The translations under genes were made by a program, and so were the position numbers. From Podarcis erhardii (taxonomy: Eukaryota), in assembly GCA_964252035.1 (NCBI GenBank), contig OZ176202.1: 64,000 nucleotides of DNA; one strand, given 5' to 3'. The notes under the pieces were generated by a model that searched no databases, was not told the DNA's origin, and saw nothing but the letters and a program-made list of their open reading frames with translations. Below are positions 1 to 13,774 of this stretch, piece after piece. Numbering within the stretch: the first letter of the stretch is position 1; each line of letters begins with the position of its first letter.

Positions 1-211
1 TCGCTAGACGAAAGGGTTTTCCGTTTTTCGAGGTGCTTCGGAAGACGAATTTCCCTATGGGCTTGCTTTGCAAGACGAAAACGTCTTGCGAGTTTGCTTC
101 CTTTTTCATAAAACCGTTAATACCCAGGGAATCTGCGCTCTGCAAGACGAAAAAATCGCAAGACGAAGCGACTCACGGAACGAATTATTTTCGTCTTGCG
201 AGGCACCACTG
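1..211 (+). mobile_element. Non-autonomous Tc1/mariner-type MITE, cut by the window edge; same family as 10585-10837
   Basis: Aligns along its length with 10585-10837; ends TTCGTCTTGCGAGGCACCACTG followed by TA. Confidence 0.9.
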
Positions 212-3200
212 TACAGTACATTTCCCCTTTGGAGCCTAATATTAGTCAGGACCTGGTAGTTCTACATGATATGGGTGAAAGGTTGTATTAAGGAAGATTG
301 CAGTACAAGGCAAAGCGATCGAGGGAGGCGCTGTGGTCCATCACCCTAGTACCCAGTGTTATATTGATCTCATGGCCTATCTAGTTCTTGACTGCTGCTA
401 TAGATTTAAAGCCTCAGGCAAACCAGGGCCATGTGCAATGCTGTGCTGATTGCTTTTTTACATTTTTTAAAAAATGCAGCATGTTTTTCTGCTGGTGGGT
501 AGAGTGAGATATTAAATTCTATTTACTTGAGAAAAAGCCGGCTGTTTAGCCTCATCAACAGGCACTTTGGCCATGATGAAGCAATATGCGCATATAAGAT
601 CATAAAGGAATAAAAATTCCAGATCCAAGAGTGGAAAGGCTTATAAACTGGCAAGACATAAAGCTTTTATTAGCCCGCTGATATCCCTAATTGATATAAA
701 CATGAAGCTCAGCACAGGCCCCAGTACTTAGAAGATATGCATCTAAATAATATTTAAATGGATATTCACAGTTTAAAGCCCACAGGAGGGTGATTGTACT
801 TGTTTTAATTAAATGAGTTGAACCCCCCTGGATAACGGTGCATCATTCCTCCCAAATAGAATAGTATTTGTGCATAAGATTTTTTTCTGCTTGGCTGGGA
901 CAGTAAAAAGCCAAATGCTAGTACTGTACTGAGATCCATGAGATTTGACCTTGTATCACTGGTATTTTTGTATATTGTTATCTCTGCTTATGTGACCTTC
1001 TGGCAGCTGATCCAAGGAACAGACACCTTGGTGTGCAATTTCTGTTGGGGAAGTGCAATGCTGCTGTCTGCTCAGCTGTAAGCCCAAACTATTGCAAGCC
1101 CAGGCTGTTGATTGATCTGCAATCAGGTGGGAATTGAACAGTGTTATGGTCACCACACTGTCGCTGAGAGGGAGGCAGCTGCTACCAGGAAAGTGTGTCT
1201 TCATGACAGACTGGTTTCATTGAAACCGCAACTGTCTGTCTTGTCTATGAAGAGAAAGGGAAATAAAGAGCTTCACAGGCAGGAAGTGCTTACAGGACAT
1301 GGAAGTCCAGAGGAAGATGGACCGGTGAAAACTGGACAACTTTTATCTGGTCCCTGGTAAGACCCTGGAGGGCTAGTTAGTGATACTGGAGTAATTTTAC
1401 AGAGAAGCTGTGAGGTTTCGGAAAGCCTCCCCCTGGGAGAGCAATAAGGGCAAGAGGTGTATGAGAGAGAATGGAGGGTAGAGTCAATAGGGAGTAGAGA
1501 AATGCGAGGTCAAGAGGAGAAGAGAACCGAGAGACAAAGGCTATCCCATGGGCGTTCTACCCCATACTTGCTGACTTAGGGCAGGCCGAGGACACCAGCA
1601 GCCTAATTATTATTTATATCCCATATTTTCCACTGAATTTGGTCTAGACAGAAACGACATCTGGGTGGATAATCAGAGAAGCCTGCGAAGCTAGGATTGG
1701 AGACAGCTGTCATCACTGAGTACAAATTCAATACCCCCACCTATCAGAAAGCAGGTTGAGCTTCTGCCTGTCCCAGAGCCAGAGAACCCACTTACCTGGG
1801 ATCCTGAGGTTCCTCTACAACTCTCCCTTCCCTGAGAGTAATGCTGCTAATATGATAACTTACCAGATTCTGAAACCAGTGCTGGAACTTGAGGGAAACA
1901 AACAAACAAACACAGTAAGGCAGTGGTGCTGTGAACTCCTGCCCCCAGACCCTTTCATATATATATTGTTTATTGGTTGGTTGACTATAATAAACACTTG
2001 ATTGGTTAAGTGATTGAACAAGACTATTGTGTGATGTAGTGTGGCCTAGTTGCTATTGGGTTATAAACCTCAATATATCTGCCTTCCTACCTCCTAAGGC
2101 CCTCAGAGAACAACAGAAAAAAATTAATTGATTTACCAGTCATAGTTATACTTTTGTGAATTATTCTAACAACTCCTCGTACTCGTGTTATTAAAATGCG
2201 GCCTTTTTGTCTCTCTACTTCCAGAATTGTATAGCCCCTTTGACTTTGTAAGCTGAAAAACTAAACAGAATGTCATTGTTTATATCCTTAGGCAGTAACA
2301 CCCAATTTTGTAGCAGTTAAGGATTTCCACAGGAACTCTTTCTGGAAGTGGGTGGATTGCAGCTAGCATAGCTGTAATGCACAATTCTTGTTTGTGTACC
2401 CTTTCTGTTCTGCTAATAAGAAATTTTATGTGATTTGGATAATAGGCGTTTTCGGAAGCTGTGTTTCATGACGTTGGTAGTTAAGGGAACATATTTCTGC
2501 CATAATCAGTTTGACTGACTTTGGGCCAGAGCCTTACCTACAACATGGAGTTGTTGTTAGATTGAAAAGAGTGGGATAAAAATATGATAAATCTGTTTTC
2601 TGATTTAAAAAATGACTGTAAAAACCAGTCCATGTTTACTTTGCATATATATCTTACTGGAACCTGAGGTCATTTGGATTAGGCTGGGTAGCAAGTATTC
2701 TTGCACCCTGTGTTGTAAATAGCTGGCTTCATCTGCAAAGTGCATAACACCAGTGGACACAAACTACTGTAGCCTTAAAGCAAGTTAGGAGTGTACAGTA
2801 CAGTTTGAGGGAATTATTTAGATATGTGTGTTTTCTGTAGTTGCACACTAATCATAATACTTCCCAGTACAGTACCTGTTTAGATAAATACATTTTTTTA
2901 AAGCAGCACAATTCCAGAAACCAGTCTTAATCAGTTCAACAGAGCTTGCACCCAGGTAAGTGGGGTCAGGCATTTAACCTGTGTTCTCAATATGCTTAGC
3001 ATAGATCTTGATAACCAGGACAACAAATTTGTGTAGTGGTGCACCAAAGGGGGAGAAAAATTAAATTGCCTCCTTTGATGGAGAAAACCATTAGCTACAT
3101 TGGGAATTCTAAGAATGCCCAGAATTGGCAGAAATGTCATCAGTTCATTTATCTTAATGAACATCACTGCACCCCCCCCCAAAAAAGAAACCCCTGTAGT

Positions 3201-4512
3201 AGTTTGGTGAGATATCAAGATTGCTGAACCTTCCACTGGACCATAATATAATTAAAACACTTGACGTTTTCATACGAATGTTCTTAAAAGTTTTTTTTAA
3301 AATCATTTTTGTTCATGATTGGAGATAACTGTTTTAGTTTTATAGGCACGTTGAATATGAGAGATTCTGTATAATGCCTCTGTTACACTGTAGAATGTAT
3401 GAAACTATAATAGGGATTTGTCTAAGGAATAGATCCATGTGGTCCTCAGCAGTTTACATTTCCAATCAGGTGGGGAGTGGGGGGGCCCATGAAGGATTCA
3501 TTGCCTTTGAAGACTCCCATTAGTACAATGGTACATTAGTACACAAAATAGCTGCTGTGGGGGCTCAGTTTGTCACAAGTGAACTCAGTTTGCCAGTGAA
3601 CTCTGATCAGCCCCAGTCACCATAGCCAATGGTCAGGGATGATGGGAATTGTAGCCCAGCAACTTCTAGAGGACCCCATCACTGTTTATGAAAAACGGGA
3701 TATTGGTATGTGTTTTTCTGAAGTGGGGGTGTTTTTTTTTAATGTCTGAATGTATTCATATGACATGTTCTAACCCAGCTGCTCCTAATCTTGTGAAGCA
3801 CAGGAATTGGTGAGCAGATGGGACAGCTGATAGAAGCAAACAGGCATTCAGGCTATGCCTAAGTTTTCCAGATGTTTTTCTTTTTTTAAAAAAAGAATCT
3901 TCTAGAATTTTGCACTATCTCTTACTTCAGAAACCACACTTCCTATTTTCTTTTTTATTATAATTTTGGTATAGTGATTCTAGGCTTGCCTCTTGGTAGA
4001 AAAGTTGCTCTGGGGCTTTCATATCCTTTTATTTTGCTGCTGTACATAGCTCATTGGTACAGAAGACACACAGTTATCGAAGCTGTTGAATATCTCTTGA
4101 GATGAACATGTGCAACCACTAAAATTAAACAACTGTGTTGCTTTTTGTAGCTGATCATGTTAAAGCATGGTTTTTCTAAATGCTTCATATGGTACTGGAA
4201 TTGTGATTTATTGTATTTGTGTTTCTGTAATTATTTATGCGGATGAGAAATTTGAGTGTTCATAGTATAATATGAAAGAACTAAAACAAATGTAGCTCAA
4301 CATTTATGTAGGGCTGTTTTCTAAGCTTCAGATTAAGCTGACTATCAATATTTCTATTTAAGGATATTCTGTAAAATTTAAACCTTTTGGTATTTGTATG
4401 GAGTCATAGAAGTGGAGATGAAGGCTGGGAGTGTTCAGTGCAAAAAAGGAGCAACATGAGTAATGCGTGTATTTTCATACTGTGCAGTTTAATCACCAGG
4501 CAGTTTAAGTTA

Positions 4513-4753
4513 CAGTGGTACCTCTAGTTATGAACTTAATTCATTCTGGAGGTCCGTTCTTAACCTGAAACTGTTCTTAACTAGAAGTGTGCTTTTGCTA
4601 ATGGGGCCTCTTGCTGCCGCTGTGCCACCGGCACACAATTTCCATTCTCATCCTAGGGCAAAGTTCTCAACTCCAGGTAACTCTTCCAGGTTAGCGGAGT
4701 TTGTAACCTGAAGCGTTTGCAACCAGAGGCATTTGTAACTCGAGGTACCACTG
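4513..4753. mobile_element. Non-autonomous Tc1/mariner (Tigger/pogo-like) MITE, 241 bp
   Basis: Terminal inverted repeats CAGTGGTACCTC / GAGGTACCACTG with TA on both flanks. Confidence 0.88.
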
Positions 4754-6216
4754 TATAGCCTTTCAAGATGAATGAGCCAAATGCAACTACTGCAGACTTT
4801 CACAAAAGCACTGCTGACAATTAAGTGAGAATATAAAATGTAACTCGTACGTTTAGGCAGTACATTGGCATGTGGCAAACACTAACTATTCCAGTAAGAG
4901 AACATAAAGAAGGCATAATCAAGGGAGAGTAGAAATGGCTGTGGAGCCTGCAGAGCCCAGACTTTGATATGATCTTCAGAGGCACATAAGACTTGCCTTA
5001 AGGTAGAGGTGAGCTTTACAAGCCTCAATATTATTATTTTTACATGAAGTATAATTGGAGCCAGAGATAAGGAATTCCAGCATCCTTTTGTGATCCCAAG
5101 AATACCCTACCTGCTTCCTCAAAATAGTTACCGGTTAGCAGTGTTGGGTGGCACATGGTGATAGGGAAAGGGGAAGGTCTGTTCCTTTCTCCCCTTTCTT
5201 TCTAGTGACCTGGCATTCTGCATAGCCATCACTCCTCTTGCTGCCACTGGCCAGGAAGTATTTAATGGGTGCAGGGCATTTGGAGGAATCAAGAAGCTGA
5301 TGGGCTAAGGGTGCTGCATGTATTTTAAAGAAAGTAATATACAGCAACTTATATACTTCTTTTTCATTATGTATACATAGACATAAACAATTCAAAGGAA
5401 AATGGAAAGGATAATGCTATTATTGGTAAAATTTATGTTATTATTAATAACCTGTTTCCTGATTGTCTTGGAAAATAAGACAAGTTAATGTTTGGCCAAG
5501 CCAGTGAGCTTGCCAGTGGGTGTGAGCTTGCCATCTCTAATGGAGAACAATGAGGACAAGTTAGAAGGTATGAATGCTAACTGAGACAAGTGTAGATTTT
5601 TGTGTAGTTTAAATTTATCCTACAATAGCTTCTGTGTTGGGTATGTTAAACATGGTCTCTCCAATTGTCCAAGTTCAGCACTGCTAGAAAAGGTTTCTGA
5701 CTTTGGAAAGGTCTGTGCAGATTATTGTCGGGGAGACGAAACTTTACTACAGTACCGTATATAAATTATATCCAGGTGTTTTCAGTGTAGCAATTAGAAA
5801 GAAATCTGTATCTTATTTACCGAGTCTTAGATCTTACCATTCCTGTTTGCATTTCTTATGCTATCCAAACCAAACATATGTTAGTGCAATGTAAGATCAT
5901 ATTCCACATAATTTTTCATGACCGGCTTTCTTATTCAGGCTGAAGTCTTAAAGATAAACTGCTAATGTTTGCAATGGCTTTCCACACAGTGACTCTTGTG
6001 TCTCGAGTTAGCTCAAATGGTGTCTTTCTATCAATTTATTTATTTATTTATCTATGTATAGTCAGGGCTTAGCATGCAAAGCTTTTTACAGGAGGAACAC
6101 CCTTTCTCTATTTTCTAGTTCCTCTATTATGAGAAAAGCATGTCTTTCCAGCCAAGTCCACTATTTCAATGTATTATCTGTATCTTGGGACAAATGCTAG
6201 CATTGACTCTTTAGCA

Positions 6217-6352
6217 CAGGCTTCCTCAAACTTGGCCCTCCAGATGTTTTGAGACTACAGTTCCCATCATCCCTGACCACTGGTCCTGCTAGCTAGGGAT
6301 CATGGGAGTTGTAGGCCTTAAACATCTGGAGGGCCGAGTTTGAGAAAGCCTG
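6217..6352. mobile_element. Palindromic non-autonomous hAT MITE, 136 bp
   Basis: CAGGCTT...AAGCCTG termini, long internal inverted repeat, and a perfect 8-bp target-site duplication CTTTAGCA (6209-6216, 6353-6360). Confidence 0.9.
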
Positions 6353-6499
6353 CTTTAGCAGAAACAAAAACAGATGAAACACTCTTCATCCAAAAATGGA
6401 TGCAGAGTTGTATAGAAAGGAATATGAACTGTCCAAATACAATATAAAATACAACAAGAAATGCAGTACAATTAAGAGGAATAAAACCTTTCAATTAGC

Positions 6500-6700
6500 T
6501 AAAAATACCATAATCTAAAATGACTGGACAAACAAAGGTTTTTACCTGGTGCCAAAAAGCATACCTCCCTCAAGAGGGCATTCCGCAGTTGGGGCACCAC
6601 CACAGAGAACACTATGTAATGCAATTCTCCTAAAGATGGGCACACTGAGAATGGCCTCCTGACAATCTTAATACACAGGCAGGTTGATACAGGAGATATT
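6500..6700 (-). mobile_element. Degenerate L2 LINE 3' fragment (approximate bounds)
   Basis: gcattccgcagttggggcaccaccacagag... resembles the antisense 3' ORF region of squamate L2 elements; heavily decayed. Confidence 0.4.
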
Positions 6701-7796
6701 TTGCTGATGGCCCACTGGCTAATCTGTATGCATGGAAGGCTAACATTTCCCTCTTCCTTACATTGGCCCAACAAAGCAGCAATAATGCACAAGTTCAAAT
6801 GGCATGTAAGAATATCTCAAAACTGGTACTTGATGCACTCTAGCTTTAGATTTACTAAAAATATAAGAATCCCTCTCTTACAAGCAGTCTTATGATGTAT
6901 AGCAGCCCTCCTCAACATCTATCCTGCCAAGAGGCAGGTTGCCCTTATCATGCTAATTCTTTTTCCGCATCTAGAGATCAGATTAAAGCACTGAGGTGCC
7001 CTCACTATACATCAGATTCCCACCTTTGCCCATTTGTCAATATGTTCATGTAAACTCTAGTAGATTCTAAGGCTTGCTGATTATTGATGATTGTCCATAG
7101 CACAGGGCTCTTCCACAAATGTTCTTAAGTTAGGTTGGGCTTAAAAAACAAAAATCTGAGCCGAAGACTCTTTCTTGGCAAAGCTTATTTCATTTACTTA
7201 ATGCAAGATGCCTGACAAAACGCTACTTCCTATTATCTTTAACATCAAGTACAAATGATGTTGCCAGTACATTCATCAGGCTGGTGTGTGGTGACCAATA
7301 AATCTAGCTCAGTAAGTACCAGATCATTATAACTTGTCTTTGTTATTCACTCCATTAACATCAATCATGATGGTTGCTTCTGGTATTCACATGGTCCCAG
7401 ACTAATTCTCTAGGAATTCAATAGCAATCCATCATTTATGCTGTATGGTATTATGTTGCAAAAAATCTGAAGCATTTATAAGAAGGGAATATTCCAGTGC
7501 AAATGACAATCTCAAAAGGAGTGTTGAACACCTGCTGTTCTGAAGTGCTATAAGTTCTTTACTTTTACTAGGTGTTTGCTTCTTCTCTCTTAAAATAGGA
7601 TTTTTTTCTTTCACCTGGCTGTTTCCTCTATACTGAGCCTTGCATTCTGTGAACATGCTGTGAAACAGTATGTAGTAGCAGACAGCACATTTATTAGTTT
7701 TTATTAAAGTTTTAACTTATTTGATTCAAGAGTTGGATCAATTATGCAATATGTCTTCTGGAAGAAGTTTCTGCCAGTGAAGCAGCTCTCGTTTAG

Positions 7797-7908
7797 CGTT
7801 TGCCAACCTGATGCCCTCCAGACATTTTGGACTACAGCTCCCTATTAACCTCAGCTACCATAGTCGTTGTAATCCAATATACCTAGAGGGCACCAGGTTG
7901 GCAAAGGT
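7797..7908. mobile_element. Degenerate copy of the palindromic MITE family. Similar remnants lie near 3610-3680, 11600-11650, 16020-16090, 17265-17377, 29110-29215, 36345-36450, 46780-46820 and 52670-52750.
   Basis: ccaacctgatgccctccagacattttggactaca...tagagggcaccaggttggcaaa inverted arms share motifs with 6217-6352. Confidence 0.7.
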
Positions 7909-10584
7909 TGAACTATAGAATGAATTTCCAATGCAGCAGAGCTGATATTGGCAAAAGCTCATGTTAACAAGTGTACATATCTCCCCGGCCTGGAAACTAG
8001 ATATTGTTAGTGCTGTTATTTGTGTTTATATGTATACTGGAGGTAATTTTCTAGATAGCTTTTAAAAAGATTTTAAAATGTATTAGTCACCTTCTTTAAA
8101 CCTGCATTGGTTGTTTTCAGTGTCAGTTTATACATAAATTTACAGTTAATTGTTCTTCCAACAGATCAGTAGGTATTGCTTATGATTTCTGACATTGTTG
8201 TCTGATATACAGGGCCTTTTCAATAATCACTGGTGGCTATTTACTGAATTTTTTTAATTTTTAAATATATTTTTATGGCTTTTAAATGCATTTTCATAGG
8301 CTTTGTTGCTAGGTTTTTAAAATAGGCCTTTAACTTAATTACAGATTTTCAAAATAAAGGCATGATTCATTGATTAAACGTATGTGATAAACATGGCTGG
8401 ATCAACCCATTTGAATTACTGTATAAATAAAATCTGGTGTATCTACAAGCAGCATTAGCTATGACTCATAAACAATAGAGCAGACTGAAAATAAAAGTAC
8501 AGTAAGTTAAGCTTCTTGTTGTTCATGTTGGCATTGTTATATTGTTTGAACTGTGGCAGTTCCAAGTGAACAAGTGATAAGGTTACTGTTGGGTAAACAG
8601 GTTAAAAATAATAATCCTTGTTTGGAATTTAATCTGCCAGACCTACAGGCTCAGAAGTTTTTCTAATCAGCTTGCCAGGTACTTGGCATGCAAGTGATTG
8701 ATCTTTGGCTGAAGTACTGGATAAATCAGAGGTTCCAGTTACTTTCACGTTGTGGGTCTGGCAGCTCTTGGCTCATGCAAGGATTCACAAATACAGTTCT
8801 TTATGGCTGGTTTCAAACTTCTTGATCTAGTCAAGAATGTAATTCCCCAAAGGTGGTCTGTTATAGTTATAAGTTATATAGATTCAAATTCCCTAGGAAA
8901 ATAGTGGTGAGTTGTGGATTGTGTTTGAGAGTGATGGAGGAGCTGCCTTTATTTTTCAGAGTTAATTCTGCAACCTATAGCTGTTTATTCAAGTGTACTT
9001 CTACCTATTATTCTTTGAATATGCCTAAGTAACTTGAATGGGGGTTGCAGCTAAATATATGTACAGCTTGCCTTTTCGTAATTTAAAAGCAACATGGTAA
9101 AATAACATCTAGAAATGGAAGCTTTCGAAGGTTAAAATAAAACAGATTGGCCTGTAAAGAATGATAATGATTAGCTGTGGATAGGGAACTGGCTTTCTTG
9201 GTCTAATAACAAACTCATGCAATTCAAGCTATGTAGAACAAAGTTGTGAATGATTTTGTTTACCTTACGAAAGCTGTGGACCACATGCTATTTATGAAAC
9301 TTTGAGGTGGGTAGCAGCTCATAGGAGCCAATTAAATAGCACTGTGTTGCTTCTATCTTATCTATCTCTTGCTACTTCTTCCGTAGTGCTGCCATTTCTG
9401 GATAAATTTTGAAATATGTTGAGTCCCCTGATTGAAGCTTTGAGGGGGTAAGACTGTAGCACTTAAAGTCATGGCAATAGGTCAACAGCAGAACTTGGCA
9501 GACCAGCAAGCTAGCAGCAGCAAAATGCACAGAAGGATAGTCCAATGTCAGGATAATCATGTGGTTTGCCCTTGAGTCCGATAATTTTCTTTATTTCTGT
9601 AATTATTTCTTAATTAAATTTCTACCTCTCCGTTCCTCCCAAAGGAGCCCAGGATGGCAAACACCAAAGTGGTAAAACAACGTGAATGAAATTATCTGCA
9701 GGAAAGTGTATGTTTTAGGCTCACCTCTCCACAGCTTAGACTTCAGTTAACGGGGCATTGAATTTCTTCTACAGCAAGTAGTCAGGCAAAACTAGCAAGC
9801 ACTCAGGCAAAACTGGTGTGTCTCTTGTTGCAACTGGGAGTGATGTGGTGGCAAAAATAGGGTGCCCAAAACTAAGGAAAAGAGGTCATTGGTATCCAAG
9901 AGTGTTAGCAAGGAACCACTTGAGGGACAGGAGTAGAGCAGTCTTGCTGCTAGATACAGTAGTCCAGAAACAATATATCTCCAATTATCAGGATCCTTGA
10001 TGCTCCAGGCACTCCGTTAGCACGCCAGAAGTTTCCAGAGTCCTGGACCATAACATTCAACTATTTTAAACCTACATTTGGAATTGCTTAATGTCACTGT
10101 ACAACATGGCAAGTAACTTTTCTGATAGCAGGTACAAGTCTAGTCTTAAGTATGCCCTGAACATCTATAGCCATTTTTTAAAAAAACCCTCCTACCCAGT
10201 TAAACAGTCATACTTAGTGTTGCTTTAGTAATTCACTGGCATGCTTACGTTCTGTCTCATTTTACTTTAGTGCTTTCCAACAACATGATTTGAACACTGG
10301 TTTGACAGGAGATTTTTGTTGATAAAGTGATGGCATTGTGCAAATAAAAGTGGCTTTCTCAAATGCTTTAGAGTATATCCTCAACACATATCCTATGGAT
10401 TCAATATTGACAGAGCAGTACAGCAGTAAATCTTTTGTGGATTAATTTGAAATTGGTATTTCCAGTTTCATTTATCTTTATAGTACAGGTAAAAATAAGT
10501 TCTGAAGGAAAATATGCACTGGCTCAGTCAATTAACTTTCAAGTTCTAATACGTTTGCTAATCTTCTGGTATATTGACAGACTA

Positions 10585-10837
10585 CAGTGGTGCCCCGCAA
10601 GACGAATGCCTCGCAAGACGAAAAACTCGCTAGACGAAAGGGTTTTCCGTTTTTCGAGGTGCTTCGCAAGATGAATTTCCCTATGGGCTTGCTTCACAAG
10701 TCGAAAACGTCTTGCGGATTTGCTTCCTTTTTCATAAAACCATTAATACCCGGGCAATCCGCGCTCCACAAGATGAAAAAATTGCAAGACGAAGCAACTC
10801 GCGGAACGAATTAATTTTGTCTTGCGAGGCACCACTG
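10585..10837 (+). mobile_element. Non-autonomous Tc1/mariner-type MITE, 253 bp
   Basis: Inverted termini CAGTGGTGCCCCGCAAGACGAA / TTTGTCTTGCGAGGCACCACTG, TA on both sides, internal CAAGACGAA repeats. Confidence 0.92.
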
Positions 10838-10918
10838 TACCTTTGCGTTGTTTATAGGTATAACCTGTATGCTAATATAAACATAAAGACTTTATTATCA
10901 GTTCTTGCTTTTAAACAC

Positions 10919-10993
10919 TGCTTGGCAGGGGGTTGGACTCGATGGCCCTTGTGGTCTCTTCCAACTCTATGATTCTATGATTCTATGATTCTA
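10919..10993 (+). mobile_element. CR1 LINE extreme 3' fragment
   Basis: ggcagggggttggactcgatggcccttgtggtctcttccaactc followed by the CR1-type (ATTCTATG)n tail. Confidence 0.85.
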
Positions 10994-11247
10994 AGTTTCT
11001 GGATGGATTTTAAGGTTTGACATCATTCACTAGCTCAAATGCAAACATGTTTGCCTGGGAAGACGCTTGAATATTGGGGAAACGTTCTTGTCTACAAAAA
11101 CAGTTCTTTAAAAGTAGTAGTCACTATAATTCTTCAAGAGCTTTTTACATCAAGATGACAAACTCTTCACATTGCACTTAAAATAGTTTATTCATGTCCA
11201 CTGAAAATGGTTTAATAATAACCATTCCTTTCTTATTTTTTCTATAG

Positions 11248-11385
<138 letters not shown>

Positions 11386-12228
11386 TAAGTAATAGTGCCC
11401 ACTGATACTTGCATTAATAGTGCAAGCTAATACTCATTTTAAGAGCTCAGGAATGTTTAGCCTCATGTCTAGGAAAATGGTATTCAAAATCAGTTTTACA
11501 TTGTGTTGAATACACAGATATAATCTTTGTTAAGTAGAAATCCATCCATTTAATAGTATCCTGGAAGGGCTGGGGAGGGGAACTTATTTTAATTATACTT
11601 TAACCCAGTCTTCCCTCAACCTGGTATCCCCTAGATGTTTTGCACTGATCTCCTAAGCAATTTTTTCTGCGCCCCTACTCCTTTCAAGAGCTCACTGATT
11701 TTGATGGAGGCAACAAAAAGAAAAAAAGAAACTAGATTGGGGTGGAGGAAGAATTCTGAACCTTTATGTCTAGCCCAGCACCCTGATTGGATGCATATTG
11801 ATCTGATGATCAAGGAAGCACCAATCATCTAATGAGTGGAGTGGGTGATTTGCATCCCCATCAGCTGAGGTTCATCACTTGATGATACCTGATAACCTTG
11901 GTGCACACTGAACTGGGTGGAAAGGATTAAATTTATCCAGCTAGCTCACTTCCCTGAGGGCAACACACCAGCCATCACATTTTATTGCCCGGGGATGGGG
12001 GGGAATAACACCCCTTTCCTCAGCTGATCTACTGCAGAAGGAGGTGATGTGTGTTATGTCCATGTGCATCTGTAGTGAGGTCACACCCACTGCCAGCATG
12101 AGGCTTCCAGTGGTTTGGCTGAGGGTGAATGGGCCTTTGGGCCAAGAAAGGTTACCCACACTGCTCTAAAGCATACTAGGTTAAGAAGCTGCTCAGTTCA
12201 AATCTGACGATGGTGCTAGCTAAACTCG

Positions 12229-12495
12229 CAGGGATGTTCAACTAGTAGATCGTGATCTACCAGTAGATCCCTGGGTGATCCTGGTAGATCGCGGGATCCT
12301 TATTGTGTACAAAAAGTTATGGGGGGAAGCTAAAAAACTCTGTGCAATCCTCCCCCTGAAAAAGCTCAACAACTCTGGGCAATCCACCCTCCACGCACAC
12401 CACACTCCTCCTCCCTTCAATGACAATGGGTAGATCACTGCCACTTTTTTAATACTGGGAGTAGATCACAGTCTCTTGCGAGCTGGACATGCCTG
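12229..12495. mobile_element. Non-autonomous hAT (Charlie-like) element
   Basis: CAGGGATG / CATGCCTG termini and subterminal GTAGATC repeats; no clean target-site duplication. Confidence 0.65.
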
Positions 12496-12507
12496 AATTG
12501 CTAAAGA

Positions 12508-12696
12508 AAGGGCCATAGCTCAGTGGTAGATAATATGCTTGGGACACAGAATGTCCCAGCGTCAATACCAAGCATCTGAAAGTAGGACCTTGAGAGATCC
12601 TTGTCTCAAACTCTGAAGAGCTGCTGCCAGTCAGCTTATACTGAACTAGAAGAACCAGTCTGTGACTCTATATATGGCAGCTTCCTGTGTTACCTA
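12508..12696 (+). mobile_element. tRNA-derived squamate SINE (Squam3-like)
   Basis: tRNA-like head gggccatagctcagtggtaga with a B-box remnant, then gagctgctgccagtcag...ggcagcttcctgtgtt body. Confidence 0.8.
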
Positions 12697-13602
12697 GTTG
12701 TTGTGGTTGTTGGGCAGGAAGATTAGTGTTGAAGCCACGCTTATCAAAGTCACAGTGCTGGTTGATGTGTGTTTGTGATTTCAAAAGCCACATGGGGTTA
12801 AAGCACATAGCATGACTTAACTCTTCTAAATTGAATATCTTAATTATTTTTTGCGGCTGTGCAAGAGAGTACACCATTGTTGTGAGTCATGAGGCATATG
12901 ACAGTCTTTTATTGTTCTTTGAGTCACTACATTATTTGTCATTATCTGGTTACACAAATTTACTTTCAGAGATTGACACAATAAAAAATGCAAGATGCGT
13001 GCAAGCCGGGCTGACCTTAGCTATTTTCTCCTCCTAGACAAACTAAATTCTTTGTTGCCTCTCACACAATAGTGAGGATTGTGCCAACTCTTTGGGGAAA
13101 TGTACGACTAAGTCAGTCATGTCTTATACATGATGGAGGGAGACTGTGGCTCAGCAGGGCACATGTGACTCTTGGCACACGTGTTCTAGGCTGCACAAAT
13201 CTGACCAGCTAAGCATCGTAGGGTTGAAAAAGTCTAGGAAGGACCCCTTTCTAAAACAAGCACCTTTCCATGTTGCATAATACCACTTCTCCATTGATTT
13301 AGTCCTTGTATTCTGTAAATGTGGTACTGAGCTAGGGCTCAGTTTCACAGTCCAAGCTGTGATGATCACCCTCGCTTTACTAACCAGTGGTGGTCTTGGG
13401 GCAGATCTCTTCTCTCTTTTTGGTGGCCTATTAGGATGAAAGGCTCAGTGGTCCTTGTGAGATGTGGGATGAGCTGCATCTTTCACGGGCCACCAGGGCT
13501 TTCATCCTGATATGCAAAATTCCAAGGAATCAGAAAGAGGAGCCATTCCTCCCCATCTCCTTCTCCTAATGTAGTGCTGCTGCTGCTCATACCACCAGTG
13601 GC

Positions 13603-13774
13603 TGTTGTTGTTTAGTCGTTTAGGCGTGTCCGACTCTTCGTGACCCCATGGACCAGAGCAAGCCAGGCACTCCTGTCTTCCACTGCCTCCCGCAGTTTGG
13701 TCAAACTCATGCTGGTAGCTTCGAGAACACTGTCCAACCATCTCGTCCTCTGTCGTCCCCTTTTCCTTGTGCCC
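13603..13774 (-). mobile_element. RTE-BovB LINE 3' fragment
   Basis: The reverse strand reads ...ctggtccatggggtcacgaagagtcggacacgcctaaacgactaaacaacaac, the BovB 3' end with a (CAA)n tail. Confidence 0.88.

Noticed and set aside
33-259. ORFs 33..239 and 68..259, and their homologues 10587..10814 and 10712..10972, which look like a duplicated small gene
   Set aside because: They are translations of two copies of the same Tc1/mariner MITE; the similarity is explained by the repeat.
12508-12580. tRNA-like sequence (also at 62544-62614)
   Set aside because: Degenerate SINE heads followed by SINE body; they cannot form a complete cloverleaf.
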